Part shown: positions 36,902 through 47,107 of the stretch, piece after piece | Layout: each line of letters opens with the position of its first letter | Position numbering within the stretch: position 1 is the stretch's first letter | IMG/VR virus record: IMGVR_UViG_3300037755_000828 | Location: 1 to 64,000 of that record | Strand: one strand, 5' to 3' | DNA: 64,000 bases | Source of the DNA: a virus | Notes under the pieces: generated by a model | The model's input: only the letters and a program-made list of their open reading frames with translations | Told to the model about the DNA's origin: nothing | Database searches by the model: none | Made by a program: the position numbers and the translations under genes

Positions 36902-37334
36902 TTGGCCGCACCCGCATCTCGATACGAGGGTTCAGCTTGTCGATGAACTTCCGCGCCCGGACTTCGACGACGCGAGCGTCATCGTCGAGCACGCCGGCTT
37001 TCTCGAGCGCGTCGAGAGTCAGCTTCAGCGGAGCGTCCACGTCCCCCAACGCGAGATCCACAGTCCTCGGCAACGCTCGGCGACGTGGCCAATAGCTGTC
37101 GATCTCCACCGTGACCTGGCCGGCTCGGCTGACCGCTTCCACTGCGGCCGGCTGTGCCAGCGCGCTCGCCCAGACGATATCCGCCGCCGCGACCTTGGAA
37201 GCTCGGACCGTTCCAACGTCAACGATCCGAGCTTGGTTCTTGATGACGATCGCCTTCTTGGCGTTGTTGATCGCCAGTAATCCCGGGTTCCCGACGATGA
37301 CGATCGTGAGTATGTGGTTCTCGTTTTCGTTCAT
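36888..37334 (-). CDS. rusA: RusA-family Holliday junction resolvase
   Basis: GDVDAPLKLTLDALEKAGVLDDDARVV...K...PRIE. Confidence 0.8.
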   Translation of the reverse strand: MNENENHILTIVIVGNPGLLAINNAKKAIVIKNQARIVDVGTVRASKVAAADIVWASALAQPAAVEAVSRAGQVTVEIDSYWPRRRALPRTVDLALGDVDAPLKLTLDALEKAGVLDDDARVVEVRARKFIDKLNPRIEMRVRPSEDR

Positions 37335-38311
37335 GGCGAGCCCTCGGAGATCTTCTGGGCAGCGATGCGAGCCCAGTCCCAAGCCGTGCGCGAGGCCTGT
37401 CGCTGCCACGCGCGGTTCGATAGCGACCAAATGAACCCGTAGCCGCGCATCAGCTGCGACCGAGCCTTGCGTCCGGCGGGGCCAGGATCCGGCGAGTACA
37501 GGCGCATCCGATTGGCCTCCGCGTCCCACTCGATCCGGCACTCGCCGATCTCGACGTCGTCAGGGGTGGTCGCCACGGCTGCGCGTTCGAGCTCGGTGAT
37601 CCGGGCCTTGATCCGCCGGATGTTTGCGCCGAGGTTGGTGAGCACGTAGGCGTCAGCGATCGGCTTGCCTGCCTTCTTCGCGGCTCGGTTGTGGGCCTTG
37701 ATCCGCTCGCGCTTGGCTTCGTGCTCAGCGAGGCTCTCGCGCAGCTTCATGATCGCGTCGGGGTCGTCGCTGCTCACCGCCCGGCTCGACTCGCTCGCGT
37801 CAGCCAGGCGCTCGAGGTGCTCGGCGTCCTTGCGCTGATCGATGCTGCGGCGCATGAGCCCGTGGCTCTTTTCCAGGTCCCGGCGGTGCCGCTTCTCGCT
37901 GTGGTGCCCGATCTTGATCGGCTCGCCGCCGTAGGGGAGCATGTTGCGCGAGCGCTCCTGATCCGCGTCGGCCTGGGCGGTGAGCTTCGAGGCTCGCTCG
38001 CGGCGACGGTCGTTCTTGCCGTCGCGCTTGTCGGCGAACGCTTGACGCCTGCGCTCACACTCGGCGCACGGCGACCGCTCGACGAACCGGGTGGCATCGT
38101 CTTCGTCAAAAACCAGGTCGACCTCGGCGCCCGGGACCCAGTACGGGCACCCCTCGGGCGCGACGTCGATGAGCTCGCCGGCCTCATTGCGCCCTCCGAG
38201 CGGCGAGTGCTCGTCCTCGAGCCACCTGGACATGTGATCGGCTGGGTCGCCAAGCAAGACCGACCAGCGGTCGTAGTAGCCGCGGCCGCGGCAGAGCGGG
38301 CATGCCTTCAC
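37331..38311 (-). CDS. DUF3560-family protein
   Basis: GEPIKIGHHSEKRHRRDL, SSDDPDA..KL..., LTNLGANIRR, GF.WS...AWQR. Confidence 0.85.
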   Translation of the reverse strand: MKACPLCRGRGYYDRWSVLLGDPADHMSRWLEDEHSPLGGRNEAGELIDVAPEGCPYWVPGAEVDLVFDEDDATRFVERSPCAECERRRQAFADKRDGKNDRRRERASKLTAQADADQERSRNMLPYGGEPIKIGHHSEKRHRRDLEKSHGLMRRSIDQRKDAEHLERLADASESSRAVSSDDPDAIMKLRESLAEHEAKRERIKAHNRAAKKAGKPIADAYVLTNLGANIRRIKARITELERAAVATTPDDVEIGECRIEWDAEANRMRLYSPDPGPAGRKARSQLMRGYGFIWSLSNRAWQRQASRTAWDWARIAAQKISEGSP

Positions 38312-38347
38312 GCTGCACCTCGGGTGTATTCGGCCATCGGCTTTCGT

Positions 38348-38938
38348 TCAGACATCGCTGTTCTCTCCCTGTTGCTCGGGCGCTACCACCAGCCGCAGGC
38401 CCTCGTGCGTTTGCGGTGGCGTGGTCAGGGCCCGCTCGCATTCGTGGCGGAGCAGCTCAACCCACAACCCCACATACAGCGGAGCCCAGCCGCGCGTGAA
38501 GATGCTGGCGCGCTGGGCCTCGTCGATCAGGTCGAGCGCCGCGTGACCGGACGCGCAGCCGTACTCGCTCTCGACGACCACCGGGCCGTGCGAGTACCGG
38601 CTCAGCTCGATCGTCGACTCGCTCGCCACCGAGCGCGGCTTGGGCGGGATCACCACTTCGACGACGAACTTATCCGGGCCTTCGAGCCTGGGCACGACAC
38701 GACGCGAGATGCACAGATCGATCGCCTTGATGGCGACACCCAGCGCTCGGCATTCAAGGGCGATTTGCGACGCGCCAAACGTGTCAAGATCGGCGACCCG
38801 CTCGGCCCACCGATCATCGACACGCTTGTGTTGCGTGCGCCATTGATCGGCTGCGTCTCGCAGGCGCTGAATATCTGGGGGCATTGACCCCGCCAACAGG
38901 GTCGGGTTAGCGGTATTCCCGGCGGTAGCGATCACCAA
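38348..38938 (-). CDS. Hypothetical protein
   Basis: ORF in operon. Confidence 0.5.
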   Translation of the reverse strand: MVIATAGNTANPTLLAGSMPPDIQRLRDAADQWRTQHKRVDDRWAERVADLDTFGASQIALECRALGVAIKAIDLCISRRVVPRLEGPDKFVVEVVIPPKPRSVASESTIELSRYSHGPVVVESEYGCASGHAALDLIDEAQRASIFTRGWAPLYVGLWVELLRHECERALTTPPQTHEGLRLVVAPEQQGENSDV

Positions 38939-39504
38939 TCCACAGCTGCCGGAGCGTCGCGCCTGCGCCGTCCCATCACCGGGATCCGCTCACGCATGGG
39001 CCGCTCGACGGGCGGAGCTGCAGCCACGGCTACGCGTGCTGGCTTCGGTGCTGGTGCGGGCGTCGGCGCGACAGGTAGGACATGCCGCTCCCAGCAGATC
39101 GCCGCGCACGTAGGCGAGCCGCTGCGCGACAAGAACGCGGGCCCGTTGCACCGTCGGCACCGGTGCAGCTCGGCCGTCTGTGCGGACTCGACCCGATTCA
39201 TCAGGCGCCCGATGATCGCGGTGATCGTGCCCACCCGGTGCACCGCGCGGTCCTTGGCGAGCCCGCGATCTTGCGGCTTGCCCTCGTAGACCAGCGCGAC
39301 CCGGATCGCATCCTCGCCGACCGCCCGGACCTGGTCCTGGACGATCGTGGTGTAGACCATGACGGTGACGTTCGGCTCGCGCGCGCGGACGTAGACCGCC
39401 TCGCGGTAGCCGCTGCGCTTGGTGAACCCGAGCTGCTCGAGCTTGACGATGATGGCCGCCGCGAGCTCGCGGCGCTGGGTTGGGTTGGTCGGTTCGTACG
39501 CCAT
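38932..39504 (-). CDS. Hypothetical protein with C-terminal Zn-ribbon
   Basis: Start MAYEP overlapping helicase stop; R.VG.DAIRV, CxxC...CxxxC. Confidence 0.65.
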   Translation of the reverse strand: MAYEPTNPTQRRELAAAIIVKLEQLGFTKRSGYREAVYVRAREPNVTVMVYTTIVQDQVRAVGEDAIRVALVYEGKPQDRGLAKDRAVHRVGTITAIIGRLMNRVESAQTAELHRCRRCNGPAFLSRSGSPTCAAICWERHVLPVAPTPAPAPKPARVAVAAAPPVERPMRERIPVMGRRRRDAPAAVDW

Positions 39505-41195
39505 CAGTGCTCCCCTCGATCGCGTTTGGGCGCCGGGATCTCGATGATCTCGGCCTTGGCCCTCGTATAGGCCACGTACGCGAGATTTTCTTCTTGCTCG
39601 ATCTGCCACTCCTGGGTCGCGCGGCTCGACATCAGGCGGTCGTGCTCGAGGATCACAACGCGATCGGCCTCGAGCCCCTTCGCCCGGTGCACCGTAGACA
39701 GCGTGACCGCGGCTTCCTTGGTTGCGAAGATGCGCTCGACCGCGGCGATCAGGGCGTCCTTGGACGTGGCCCCGCTGCTGCGGTGGATGATCCGCACGCA
39801 CTCGATCCGATCTCCGAGCGCGTCGACGGCCGCGTCCGCAGCCTGCTCGTCGCGTGCACGCGCCCGCAGCTTGGCCGTTTCGGCCTCCTCGTGCGCGGTC
39901 AGTCGGTCGCCGAAGGATGCCTGCCACGCGTCCCCGGCCAGACGCTTGCTCGCGCGCTTGATGACCTTGACCAGCCCCTGGCCCATGTCTGCGCGGCCCC
40001 GCACCATCGCGCTCGTCCCCGCCGCGATCAACTCGAAGCACAGCCCAATCAGCGGGGCCGTCCGACGGCAGATCACCAGGTCTCCGCTTGCCGCGATGTC
40101 GACGTAGTCGATGCGGTCGAGCGTGCGGACCGTGCCAACAGGCGCGCCGGGCCGTGCTTCGATGTCGGGTCGCCACTCGCGAGCGCGGGCGAGGTGCGAG
40201 GTCGGGCAGCGAAAGCAGATCGGCAGCGGAAGCACTTCCGCGCGCGTCTCTCGGATGATCGCGTCGAAGCTCTCAGCGTCAGCTCCGGCGAAACCATTGA
40301 TGGCCTGCCGGCGGTCCCCGATCCACATCATCCGGCCGCCCCGGCGCACGCTGGCGATCAGAAGCCGGCGCGCCGCCGTCGAGATGTCCTGGCACTCGTC
40401 GACGAGCACGAGGTCGTATTGCTTGGGGCGCAACGCTAGCACATTGGGCAACCAGAGCATGTCGGTGAAGTCGACCCGCCACTTGCCCGAGCTCGGCACG
40501 GTGCAGCCGCGACGAAGCGCGTTGCGGACCGCGACCACGACGAGCGGCCACATCACCGCGTCCACGTCCACGTCGTAGCGATTCGCAAGCACGTCGAGGC
40601 CGCTCTCGTAGCGATCGCTGTCGAAGTCGAGCATGAACAGCCGCGCGAGCTTGGTCAGCTCGACGCACTCGGCCACGGGGAAGCCATCGTCTGTGATCGA
40701 CGCGATCTGGTCCGCGCTCACCGGCTCTCCGCAGAGCGTCAGCACTTGGCCCCGGTCGCGTCGCTCTTCGAGAGCCAGAGCCGCAGCCTCGAACATCTGC
40801 GGGTACTTCAGCTCCTTCGTGTCGACGTCGATCTCGACCGCGCCGTTCAGCCCGATTCGCGCGAAGCAGAAGAAACGCAAGCACGCGAGACCATGCCCGT
40901 GGGCTGTCGTGGCCTTCGCCCGCGTCCCCTCGAGCCGAGACGCCAGCACGTCAGCGATCTCGCGATTGAACGCCACCGCGAGAACGTCGACATCTACCAA
41001 GCGGATAGCGTCCACGGAGGTGGTCGTCTTGCCCGAGCCAGCGCATGCGTCGACGACCACGTTGCCGGTCCCCTTCGTGGCCCAGTCGAAGATCGCAGCC
41101 TGGTAGACCGACGGGGCGTAGCTCAGGCCAAGGAGTGCCTGGTATTGCACGGGTAGAAGGCGTGCGGCGTTCATGGGTAGGTGCGAGGTGGCCAT
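39504..41195 (-). CDS. UvrD/REP-like SF1 helicase
   Basis: ACAGSGKTT, LVDECQD, IGDRRQAINGF.GAD, CFRCP, STVHRAKGLE, YVAYTRA. Confidence 0.92.
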   Translation of the reverse strand: MATSHLPMNAARLLPVQYQALLGLSYAPSVYQAAIFDWATKGTGNVVVDACAGSGKTTTSVDAIRLVDVDVLAVAFNREIADVLASRLEGTRAKATTAHGHGLACLRFFCFARIGLNGAVEIDVDTKELKYPQMFEAAALALEERRDRGQVLTLCGEPVSADQIASITDDGFPVAECVELTKLARLFMLDFDSDRYESGLDVLANRYDVDVDAVMWPLVVVAVRNALRRGCTVPSSGKWRVDFTDMLWLPNVLALRPKQYDLVLVDECQDISTAARRLLIASVRRGGRMMWIGDRRQAINGFAGADAESFDAIIRETRAEVLPLPICFRCPTSHLARAREWRPDIEARPGAPVGTVRTLDRIDYVDIAASGDLVICRRTAPLIGLCFELIAAGTSAMVRGRADMGQGLVKVIKRASKRLAGDAWQASFGDRLTAHEEAETAKLRARARDEQAADAAVDALGDRIECVRIIHRSSGATSKDALIAAVERIFATKEAAVTLSTVHRAKGLEADRVVILEHDRLMSSRATQEWQIEQEENLAYVAYTRAKAEIIEIPAPKRDRGEH

Positions 41196-41204
41196 GCCTG
41201 GATT

Positions 41205-41233
41205 GATATAGTCCCCGCGGGACTATATCGCAA
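41205..41233 (-). promoter_or_regulatory. Promoter with 21-bp palindromic operator (copy 1)
   Basis: Minus strand TTGCGA-N17-TATATC; GATATAGTCCC-CGC-GGGACTATATC. Confidence 0.75.
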
Positions 41234-41307
41234 CAACTATTTACAAGAACCGTCGACGCTCGCGTTTTCGCAGGCGGAACACCGTGCAGCCGCAAGCAAT
41301 CCGCGCG

Positions 41308-42075
41308 TCAGGTCACCATCCTCCCCGGCGACCACCAAGACGCGGGGATCGGCCGCCCGCTCCCAACCGGCTCCCCGAGCTGCAGCCCGAGCGTGTCGAT
41401 CGCCCACTCGCCAAGCTCGCGCCAGATCGCCGCGTCGCAGTCGTTGCCCCTCGAGCTGTGCCCATGCCGGTGCGGCGAGAGGTAGAGCGGTCGATCATGA
41501 TGCTCGCGCAGCTGCTCGACGTAGTAGCGGATCAGCGCGCGGCCGGGCTCGACTTGCTCCGCGCTGATCGTCCGGTTGCCGGCGACCTCGATCGACACCG
41601 AGCGGCGGTTGAGCTCGTGCGCGGCGTAGAGGTAGGCCGTCAGCTCGTGGCAGAGAACCACCGTCGCATCGTCAGCGACGGCGCCGTGGGTCGGGACCCC
41701 AAGCCAGCGATCCGGGTGCAGTCCGTCAACGCCCGCGGTGTGGAGCACGACCTTGTCGATCGAGGACCACTCGCGGACGCCTCGAGACTGGCCGCGCTGT
41801 TTGTTCCGCGGATATCCGTAGGGCTTCGCGGGGTAGACCTTCACGCGGTCCCACGCCTGGCCCTTACCGCTGGTCCTGAAGTCGCGCGAGACCGTCGTCG
41901 CAGCGTGCAGGCGCGCGAGCGGGTTGCCGTCGTGCCCGAGTTCGGGACCAGCACTCAGGTCGATGCCAGGCAGCGCGCCGGCTTCGACGGCCAGCCGCTC
42001 GGCCTCCGTCACGCGTTCTTCGGCCAGCCGCTCAGCGAGGCCAGCGGTCAGCTGCTTGAGTAGTTCTCGGATCAC
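41308..42075 (-). CDS. Endolysin, N-acetylmuramoyl-L-alanine amidase (Amidase_2)
   Basis: IDKVVLHTA, N..SVSIEV.G, PHR...C. Confidence 0.8.
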   Translation of the reverse strand: MIRELLKQLTAGLAERLAEERVTEAERLAVEAGALPGIDLSAGPELGHDGNPLARLHAATTVSRDFRTSGKGQAWDRVKVYPAKPYGYPRNKQRGQSRGVREWSSIDKVVLHTAGVDGLHPDRWLGVPTHGAVADDATVVLCHELTAYLYAAHELNRRSVSIEVAGNRTISAEQVEPGRALIRYYVEQLREHHDRPLYLSPHRHGHSSRGNDCDAAIWRELGEWAIDTLGLQLGEPVGSGRPIPASWWSPGRMVT

Positions 42076-42161
42076 GGCGCGAGTGTATCAGCCGCGGCCG
42101 CCGAGCCGAGAAGGTCGAGCCGAGCGACGTCGCCCGGGTGCTCGAACTCGATCCCAGCCTA

Positions 42162-43013
42162 TCACGTAGCGACGTCGGCCTTGATCGGAGCGTGCGGGTG
42201 ATAGTCGTGGATGGAGATATGCTCAGCCCGGAAGTCGTCGATCTCCTTGATGGCTGGGTCCAGCCACAAGCGAGGGCCCTTGAGGACCGGACGCTCGAGC
42301 TGCTCGGCGACGGCGACGAGATGGTTCGTGTAGAGATGCGCGTCCCCAGCGTTGATGACGAGTCGGGCTGGGGTCAGGCCAGCCACGTGCGCGAGCATGT
42401 GCGTGAGCAGAGCGTACTGGGCAATGTTGAACGGCCCGCCGAGGAACAGGTCCCACGAGCGGATCTGCATGACGCAGATCAATCCGCCTGCGTTGTCGAC
42501 GATGAACTGCGCGGCGTAGTGGCACGGTGGCAGCTTCATCTCGTCGATCTGGGCGACGTTCCACGAGCACAGCAGATTGCGCCGATCACCCGGGTTTGTG
42601 CGCAGCGTGTGGATGATCCTCGCGATCTGGTCGATCGGCTCGCCGTCACGACCTGGCCACGCCCGCCACTGCTTGCCGTACACGGGACCGAGCTCACCGT
42701 CGACGTAGCCCATCTCCGGGCGATAGCTCGCGCGCGCCCACTCATCCCAGATCGTCACCTTGTTGGCGCGCAGATAGTCGATGTTGGTGTCGCCGCGCAG
42801 CATCCACAGCAGCTCGTGCTTGACGCTGTGGAAGTGCACGCGCTTGGTGGTCCAGAGCGGAAAGTACTGCGGGTGCAGGCGCAGGCTGAGATGCGCGCCG
42901 TAGACCGCCTTGGTGTCGATCCCGGTTCGGTTGGCCCGTCGCTCGCCCGCGAGGTCGACGTAGGAGATGAGTGCGAGGTAGGCGTCTTCGTTATCGACGT
43001 GGATGCTGGTCAT
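42162..43013 (-). CDS. thyA: Thymidylate synthase
   Basis: RTG, TTKRV, ELLW.L.G.TN, LGPVYG.QWR, LPPCH, RSWDLFLG.PFNIAQY. Confidence 0.97.
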   Translation of the reverse strand: MTSIHVDNEDAYLALISYVDLAGERRANRTGIDTKAVYGAHLSLRLHPQYFPLWTTKRVHFHSVKHELLWMLRGDTNIDYLRANKVTIWDEWARASYRPEMGYVDGELGPVYGKQWRAWPGRDGEPIDQIARIIHTLRTNPGDRRNLLCSWNVAQIDEMKLPPCHYAAQFIVDNAGGLICVMQIRSWDLFLGGPFNIAQYALLTHMLAHVAGLTPARLVINAGDAHLYTNHLVAVAEQLERPVLKGPRLWLDPAIKEIDDFRAEHISIHDYHPHAPIKADVAT

Positions 43014-43234
43014 GATGTCTTCTCGATCTGCTCGATGCGGCGCTGGATGTACCAGGCGGCTTTCTGTAGGTCCCTCAATTCGGCCTCACCCGGTTTCTTC
43101 CCGGCGCGCGACAAATACTTGACCGCGTTGCCGACACAGAAGTCGAGGCACCACGCCTCGATCACCTTGATCACCTCGTAGGGGTTCTCGCTGCCCCCGT
43201 AGTGGGCTGGATGGTCAACTGCTTCGTTTGGCAT
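43010..43234 (-). CDS. DUF3310 protein
   Basis: HPAHY, EVI.VI, GNAVKYLSRAGKK, DLQKA.WY. Confidence 0.9.
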   Translation of the reverse strand: MPNEAVDHPAHYGGSENPYEVIKVIEAWCLDFCVGNAVKYLSRAGKKPGEAELRDLQKAAWYIQRRIEQIEKTS

Positions 43235-43373
43235 GATCTACTAGACATTGGCTTTCGGTCCGGTTATGGAAAGACACGCGCTCGGGCGATGCTTCGTCGC
43301 CCACATCGAGCGCGCTTGGTCCGATACGGGAGGGGCAGAGCTGCAAGGCCGAGCCCCTCTCGTATTTGGCTAC

Positions 43374-44411
43374 TCAGTGCACCACGACCGAGTCGCTGGC
43401 GTCGAGCTCCTGGAGGCGAACCTCGACAACCTCGACAACCTCTTGCCTCGGCTCCTCTCGCAGCTGCTCGTCGTCGAGGATCCACGCCAGCACCGTCGCA
43501 TCTCGACAGCCTGGCACGAGCCGGTCCAACGCGTCCATGTCGAGATCGCTCGGGCTGGTGACCAGGACCGCCGCATCGAGGTCGAGCTCGACGGCGGGCG
43601 CCTGTTGGTCTTCGCCTTTCTCGACGCGGATGTAGTCCATCAACAACGTCATCCCGAGCACCCGGTCCTTGATTGCTTTGACGACGGGCTTCCTGGGCTT
43701 CTTCTGTAGCTCGAGCTTGGCGACGCCCAGCAGCGTCGCTGGCGAGGTTATGCGCTCGATGCGGGTGATCAATGCCTTGCTGGCGAGCGGGCCTCGCCGG
43801 TACGATGTATCGGAGCTTCCCCCGACGGTCAGCTCCTTCGCGCGGGTTCGCGTCCGCTTCGGAGCGATCTGGAGGTAGTCGACTGGCCGTTCGTCAGGTG
43901 CGAAGTGCGGGAGGTAGATCTGCCCGTGTTTGTCGAAGAGAACCTTGAAGTTGTGCACTTCCACAGAGCTCGCGCCGTGTCGCTCGGCGACCTCGTGAAA
44001 TCCGCAATGCTCGAAATCCCACGGGCGGCGGCGGAGCTTCGGTCGGCCGAGATCATCCCGCTTGATGCCGCTGTCATCCTGTAACACCATGATCTGCGTC
44101 AAGCAGTCGTCGATGACGCCCCTCTGCATCGGCGCGCTGATCTGGCCCCAGCGATCTCCGTTGAGAATCACGCGGACATCCGCGTTCCCTGCCGCGCGAT
44201 CCTCCGTTGACATGATGCGGATCATCCCGAGGATGGGACGTCCGCGTGATGCGAGCGCTTCCCCGCGGGGTTCATCGTCTTCGTCGCGCGATGCGTGAGC
44301 GGAGAGTACGGCAATGTTCACGTCGTGGAGTCGCTCTCGGTGACAGTCGAGCGCGCGGACGTCCTCGAACGCCTCCTCCATTTTGTTGCTTGGGTCTTCG
44401 AAGTTGGGCAT
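43374..44411 (-). CDS. Phage metallopeptidase-like protein (degenerate active site) with C-terminal helical repeats
   Basis: D..VILNGD.W......Q..VID.CL, RPKL..RP.D.E..GF.EV.ERHG; HExxH absent. Confidence 0.6.
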   Translation of the reverse strand: MPNFEDPSNKMEEAFEDVRALDCHRERLHDVNIAVLSAHASRDEDDEPRGEALASRGRPILGMIRIMSTEDRAAGNADVRVILNGDRWGQISAPMQRGVIDDCLTQIMVLQDDSGIKRDDLGRPKLRRRPWDFEHCGFHEVAERHGASSVEVHNFKVLFDKHGQIYLPHFAPDERPVDYLQIAPKRTRTRAKELTVGGSSDTSYRRGPLASKALITRIERITSPATLLGVAKLELQKKPRKPVVKAIKDRVLGMTLLMDYIRVEKGEDQQAPAVELDLDAAVLVTSPSDLDMDALDRLVPGCRDATVLAWILDDEQLREEPRQEVVEVVEVRLQELDASDSVVVH

Positions 44412-44419
44412 TTTACCTT

Positions 44420-46567
44420 TCACGTGGGTGAAACGAGTCGATGGGTGAGCCGGGTCCACCGCCTCGTTGACACGGTCTGGACCGCTCGCTCGATTGCGTC
44501 GCGGTGCCCGACCAGAATGCACAGCGTCTTGGCTCGCGTAATCGCTGTGTATAGAAGGTTCCGGTTCAGCATTCGGCTTTCCCGGAGAACTGGCACAATG
44601 ACGGCGGGGAACTCCCCGCCCTGGCTCTTGTGGATCGTCATTGCGTAGGCGAGCCGCAGGGCTCGTACATCGTATCGCTTGTACAGCTTGTGAGCGCCAT
44701 CATAATCGACGGTGAGTGTTGATTCGTCAAGTCCGACGACAGTCCCAATATCGCCGTTGAACACGTTGCGATCATAGTCGTTGCGCATCTGCATGACGCG
44801 ATCGCCTTCGCAAAACCGACGCCCCCCCGCGGCCCAAAACGAGTCTGCGTCGCGCCCTCCGTGGCTCAGTTGGAGCCGCGAGTTGAACGCCTCAGTCCCC
44901 GCGGGCCCGTGGTGCGTCGGGCAGAGGATCTGAACCTGATGCACAGGGTCGAGCCCATACGCGACAGGGATCCTCCCTACGGCCAGGTGCACGACCTTGT
45001 GATGGGCCTTCTCTGCGTTCGCCGCGGGGACGATGTAGAACTGACCTTCGTTCCCACGCTCGGGGTCATCCGAAACGATCGTCTCGCCGCGGAGCATCCG
45101 GTGCGCGTTGCTGGTGATCGACGACCCACTGGCTTGCCGAAAGATCTCCCTGAGCCGAACCACCGCTACGTTGAGCCCGACTTGGGCAGCGTCGATCACA
45201 TCCGAGAGCACATTCCCGGGCCCAACCGACGGCAGCTGTTCGACGTCGCCCACAAGCAGGATCCGGTGCTCGATCGAGAGGGCAGCGAAGAGAGCGTCGG
45301 CGAGCTCGAGGTCGAGCATGGAGACTTCGTCGACGATCACCAGGCTCGCGGGCAGCGGGTTGGATTGGTCGTAGTGGAAGCCCCCGCCGGGCAGCGGTCG
45401 AAGCATGCGATGAATCGTGCTCGCTGGCTTCCCCGTGGCCTCGGTGAGCCGCTTGGCAGCTCGGCCCGTGGGTGCGCACAGAGTGACCTCCCCTCGCGCG
45501 CGCTCGGCCATCTCCAGCACGGCCGCGATCGCAGTGCTCTTGCCCGTCCCCGGCCCGCCCGTCAGAACCGTGACCCCGGATCGTGCGACCGCAGCAAGCA
45601 CGTCGTGCTGAGCGGCCGACAGATCGTGCGAGCTCGACGAATCCCACACCGCGCGGACCGGACGCGTCAGTGCGCGGATCTGGCTGGCCACGCGCCGCTC
45701 CATCTTGTCCGTGCCAGCGAGGAGCAACAGCCCCGTCTCATAGCGGAGCACCCCGCGCTCTACCAACCGCTCGACGGCTTCGTCGACGACACGACCTCGG
45801 ACACGTCCGAGCAAATCCGCAGCTGCTCGCTCGAGTTCGGGGCTCGGCATGCCGCAGTGTCCATCAGCGCGCTGGTGCACCAGCGTCTGGATCACGCCCG
45901 CCTCGACTCGGTCACCATTCTCGGGGTCGAGCCCCGTCGCGCGGGCGAATTTCTCCGCGAGCTTGAACCCGAATCGCTCCACATAGATCGCCACCTTGAA
46001 CGGGTGATTGTCGAGCATGTCGAGGCCCTGTTCCCCGAACTTCTCGTGGATCGACTTCGCCAGTCCTGGCGGCGCACCAACAGCGATCAATCGGTTTTTG
46101 ATCTGCGCAACTGGCCCGCTCTGCCGATGATGATGATCACGGAGTTTCGCAAACGCCTTCTTGCCGAGCCCCGGAATGTGAAGAAGGTCGTCAATGCTGC
46201 TGTCCATCACCGCCCAGGTTCGCTCGCCGAATTGCTCGACGATGCGCTCCGCCGTGCGCTCGCCGACGCCCGGGTACGTAATCAGCCTCGCTATGATCTG
46301 CTCCTCCGTCGTCGGCGCGCGCAGCTCAAGCGTCTCGAACCTGAACTGGCGGCCGTGTTTCGGGTCCTCGGCCCACCGACCGCGTGCGATGAACTTGGCT
46401 CCCTTCTCTACGCCCCCAACGAGTTCGCCCACCATCGTCTCCTCGCGATCCTCGACCGTAGCGAGGATCACAGAGAACCCCGAGTGCGGATCGCGGAATC
46501 GAATTCCATTGATCTCCCCTTCGACGACATCGGCTGTCGCTGCTGCGCTGTCTTCGCGAGTGGTCAT
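44420..46567 (-). CDS. recD2: RecD2-like helicase
   Basis: OB and HhH N-terminus, TGGPGTGKS, CAPTGRAAKRL, VDEVSM, GD..QLPSVGPG, AYAMTIHKSQG.EF, YTAITRA. Confidence 0.93.
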   Translation of the reverse strand: MTTREDSAAATADVVEGEINGIRFRDPHSGFSVILATVEDREETMVGELVGGVEKGAKFIARGRWAEDPKHGRQFRFETLELRAPTTEEQIIARLITYPGVGERTAERIVEQFGERTWAVMDSSIDDLLHIPGLGKKAFAKLRDHHHRQSGPVAQIKNRLIAVGAPPGLAKSIHEKFGEQGLDMLDNHPFKVAIYVERFGFKLAEKFARATGLDPENGDRVEAGVIQTLVHQRADGHCGMPSPELERAAADLLGRVRGRVVDEAVERLVERGVLRYETGLLLLAGTDKMERRVASQIRALTRPVRAVWDSSSSHDLSAAQHDVLAAVARSGVTVLTGGPGTGKSTAIAAVLEMAERARGEVTLCAPTGRAAKRLTEATGKPASTIHRMLRPLPGGGFHYDQSNPLPASLVIVDEVSMLDLELADALFAALSIEHRILLVGDVEQLPSVGPGNVLSDVIDAAQVGLNVAVVRLREIFRQASGSSITSNAHRMLRGETIVSDDPERGNEGQFYIVPAANAEKAHHKVVHLAVGRIPVAYGLDPVHQVQILCPTHHGPAGTEAFNSRLQLSHGGRDADSFWAAGGRRFCEGDRVMQMRNDYDRNVFNGDIGTVVGLDESTLTVDYDGAHKLYKRYDVRALRLAYAMTIHKSQGGEFPAVIVPVLRESRMLNRNLLYTAITRAKTLCILVGHRDAIERAVQTVSTRRWTRLTHRLVSPT

Positions 46568-46584
46568 GGTAGACGACGCCCATG

Positions 46585-46612
46585 CAACCGGCGCTACCGC
46601 CGACCTGTTCCC
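46585..46612 (-). promoter_or_regulatory. ECF (SigR/SigH-type) promoter candidate
   Basis: GGAAC-N18-GTTG upstream of recD2. Confidence 0.5.
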
Positions 46613-46702
46613 ACTTGACTGATCACCGGAAGCCGACGTTGTTCCGCGTGCGTCACGACCCGCGGAGCCTCCGCATCATTGCGCGCCAGCGGTCGCGGCT
46701 GT

Positions 46703-47107
46703 TCATGAGAATCCCAGTCGAGCGAGCAGCCGCTGCAGGCCGGCCGCGATCACGCTCTCGTCCTCATCCGGCACCTCGAACGGCGTCGAATCCCATCGGT
46801 GGCTGCCGGCCGCGAAGCGCTCGCCGACAAGGTACGGCCCGAACTCGCCAAGCTCACCGACGAGCAGCACGGCGCGATCGTGGATCCTCGACTCGGGCGC
46901 GAGCGCGGTGCGGCTCTCGTCGTCTTCGTGCGGCCTGCACAGTTCGTCGTCCCACGCGGGATTGTGCGGAGACAGATCTGCCAGCTGTCGATCGTCGCGT
47001 TCGCGGCTGCGCAGATCCACGATCACGCGACCGAGCCAGGGGAGTCGGCCGCGATCGTCGAGATCAAGGCTCACGGGGCCAATCGGGTGGTGCCTTGCTG
47101 GCTTCAT
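46703..47107 (-). CDS. Hypothetical protein
   Basis: Coupled ORF. Confidence 0.55.
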   Translation of the reverse strand: MKPARHHPIGPVSLDLDDRGRLPWLGRVIVDLRSRERDDRQLADLSPHNPAWDDELCRPHEDDESRTALAPESRIHDRAVLLVGELGEFGPYLVGERFAAGSHRWDSTPFEVPDEDESVIAAGLQRLLARLGFS

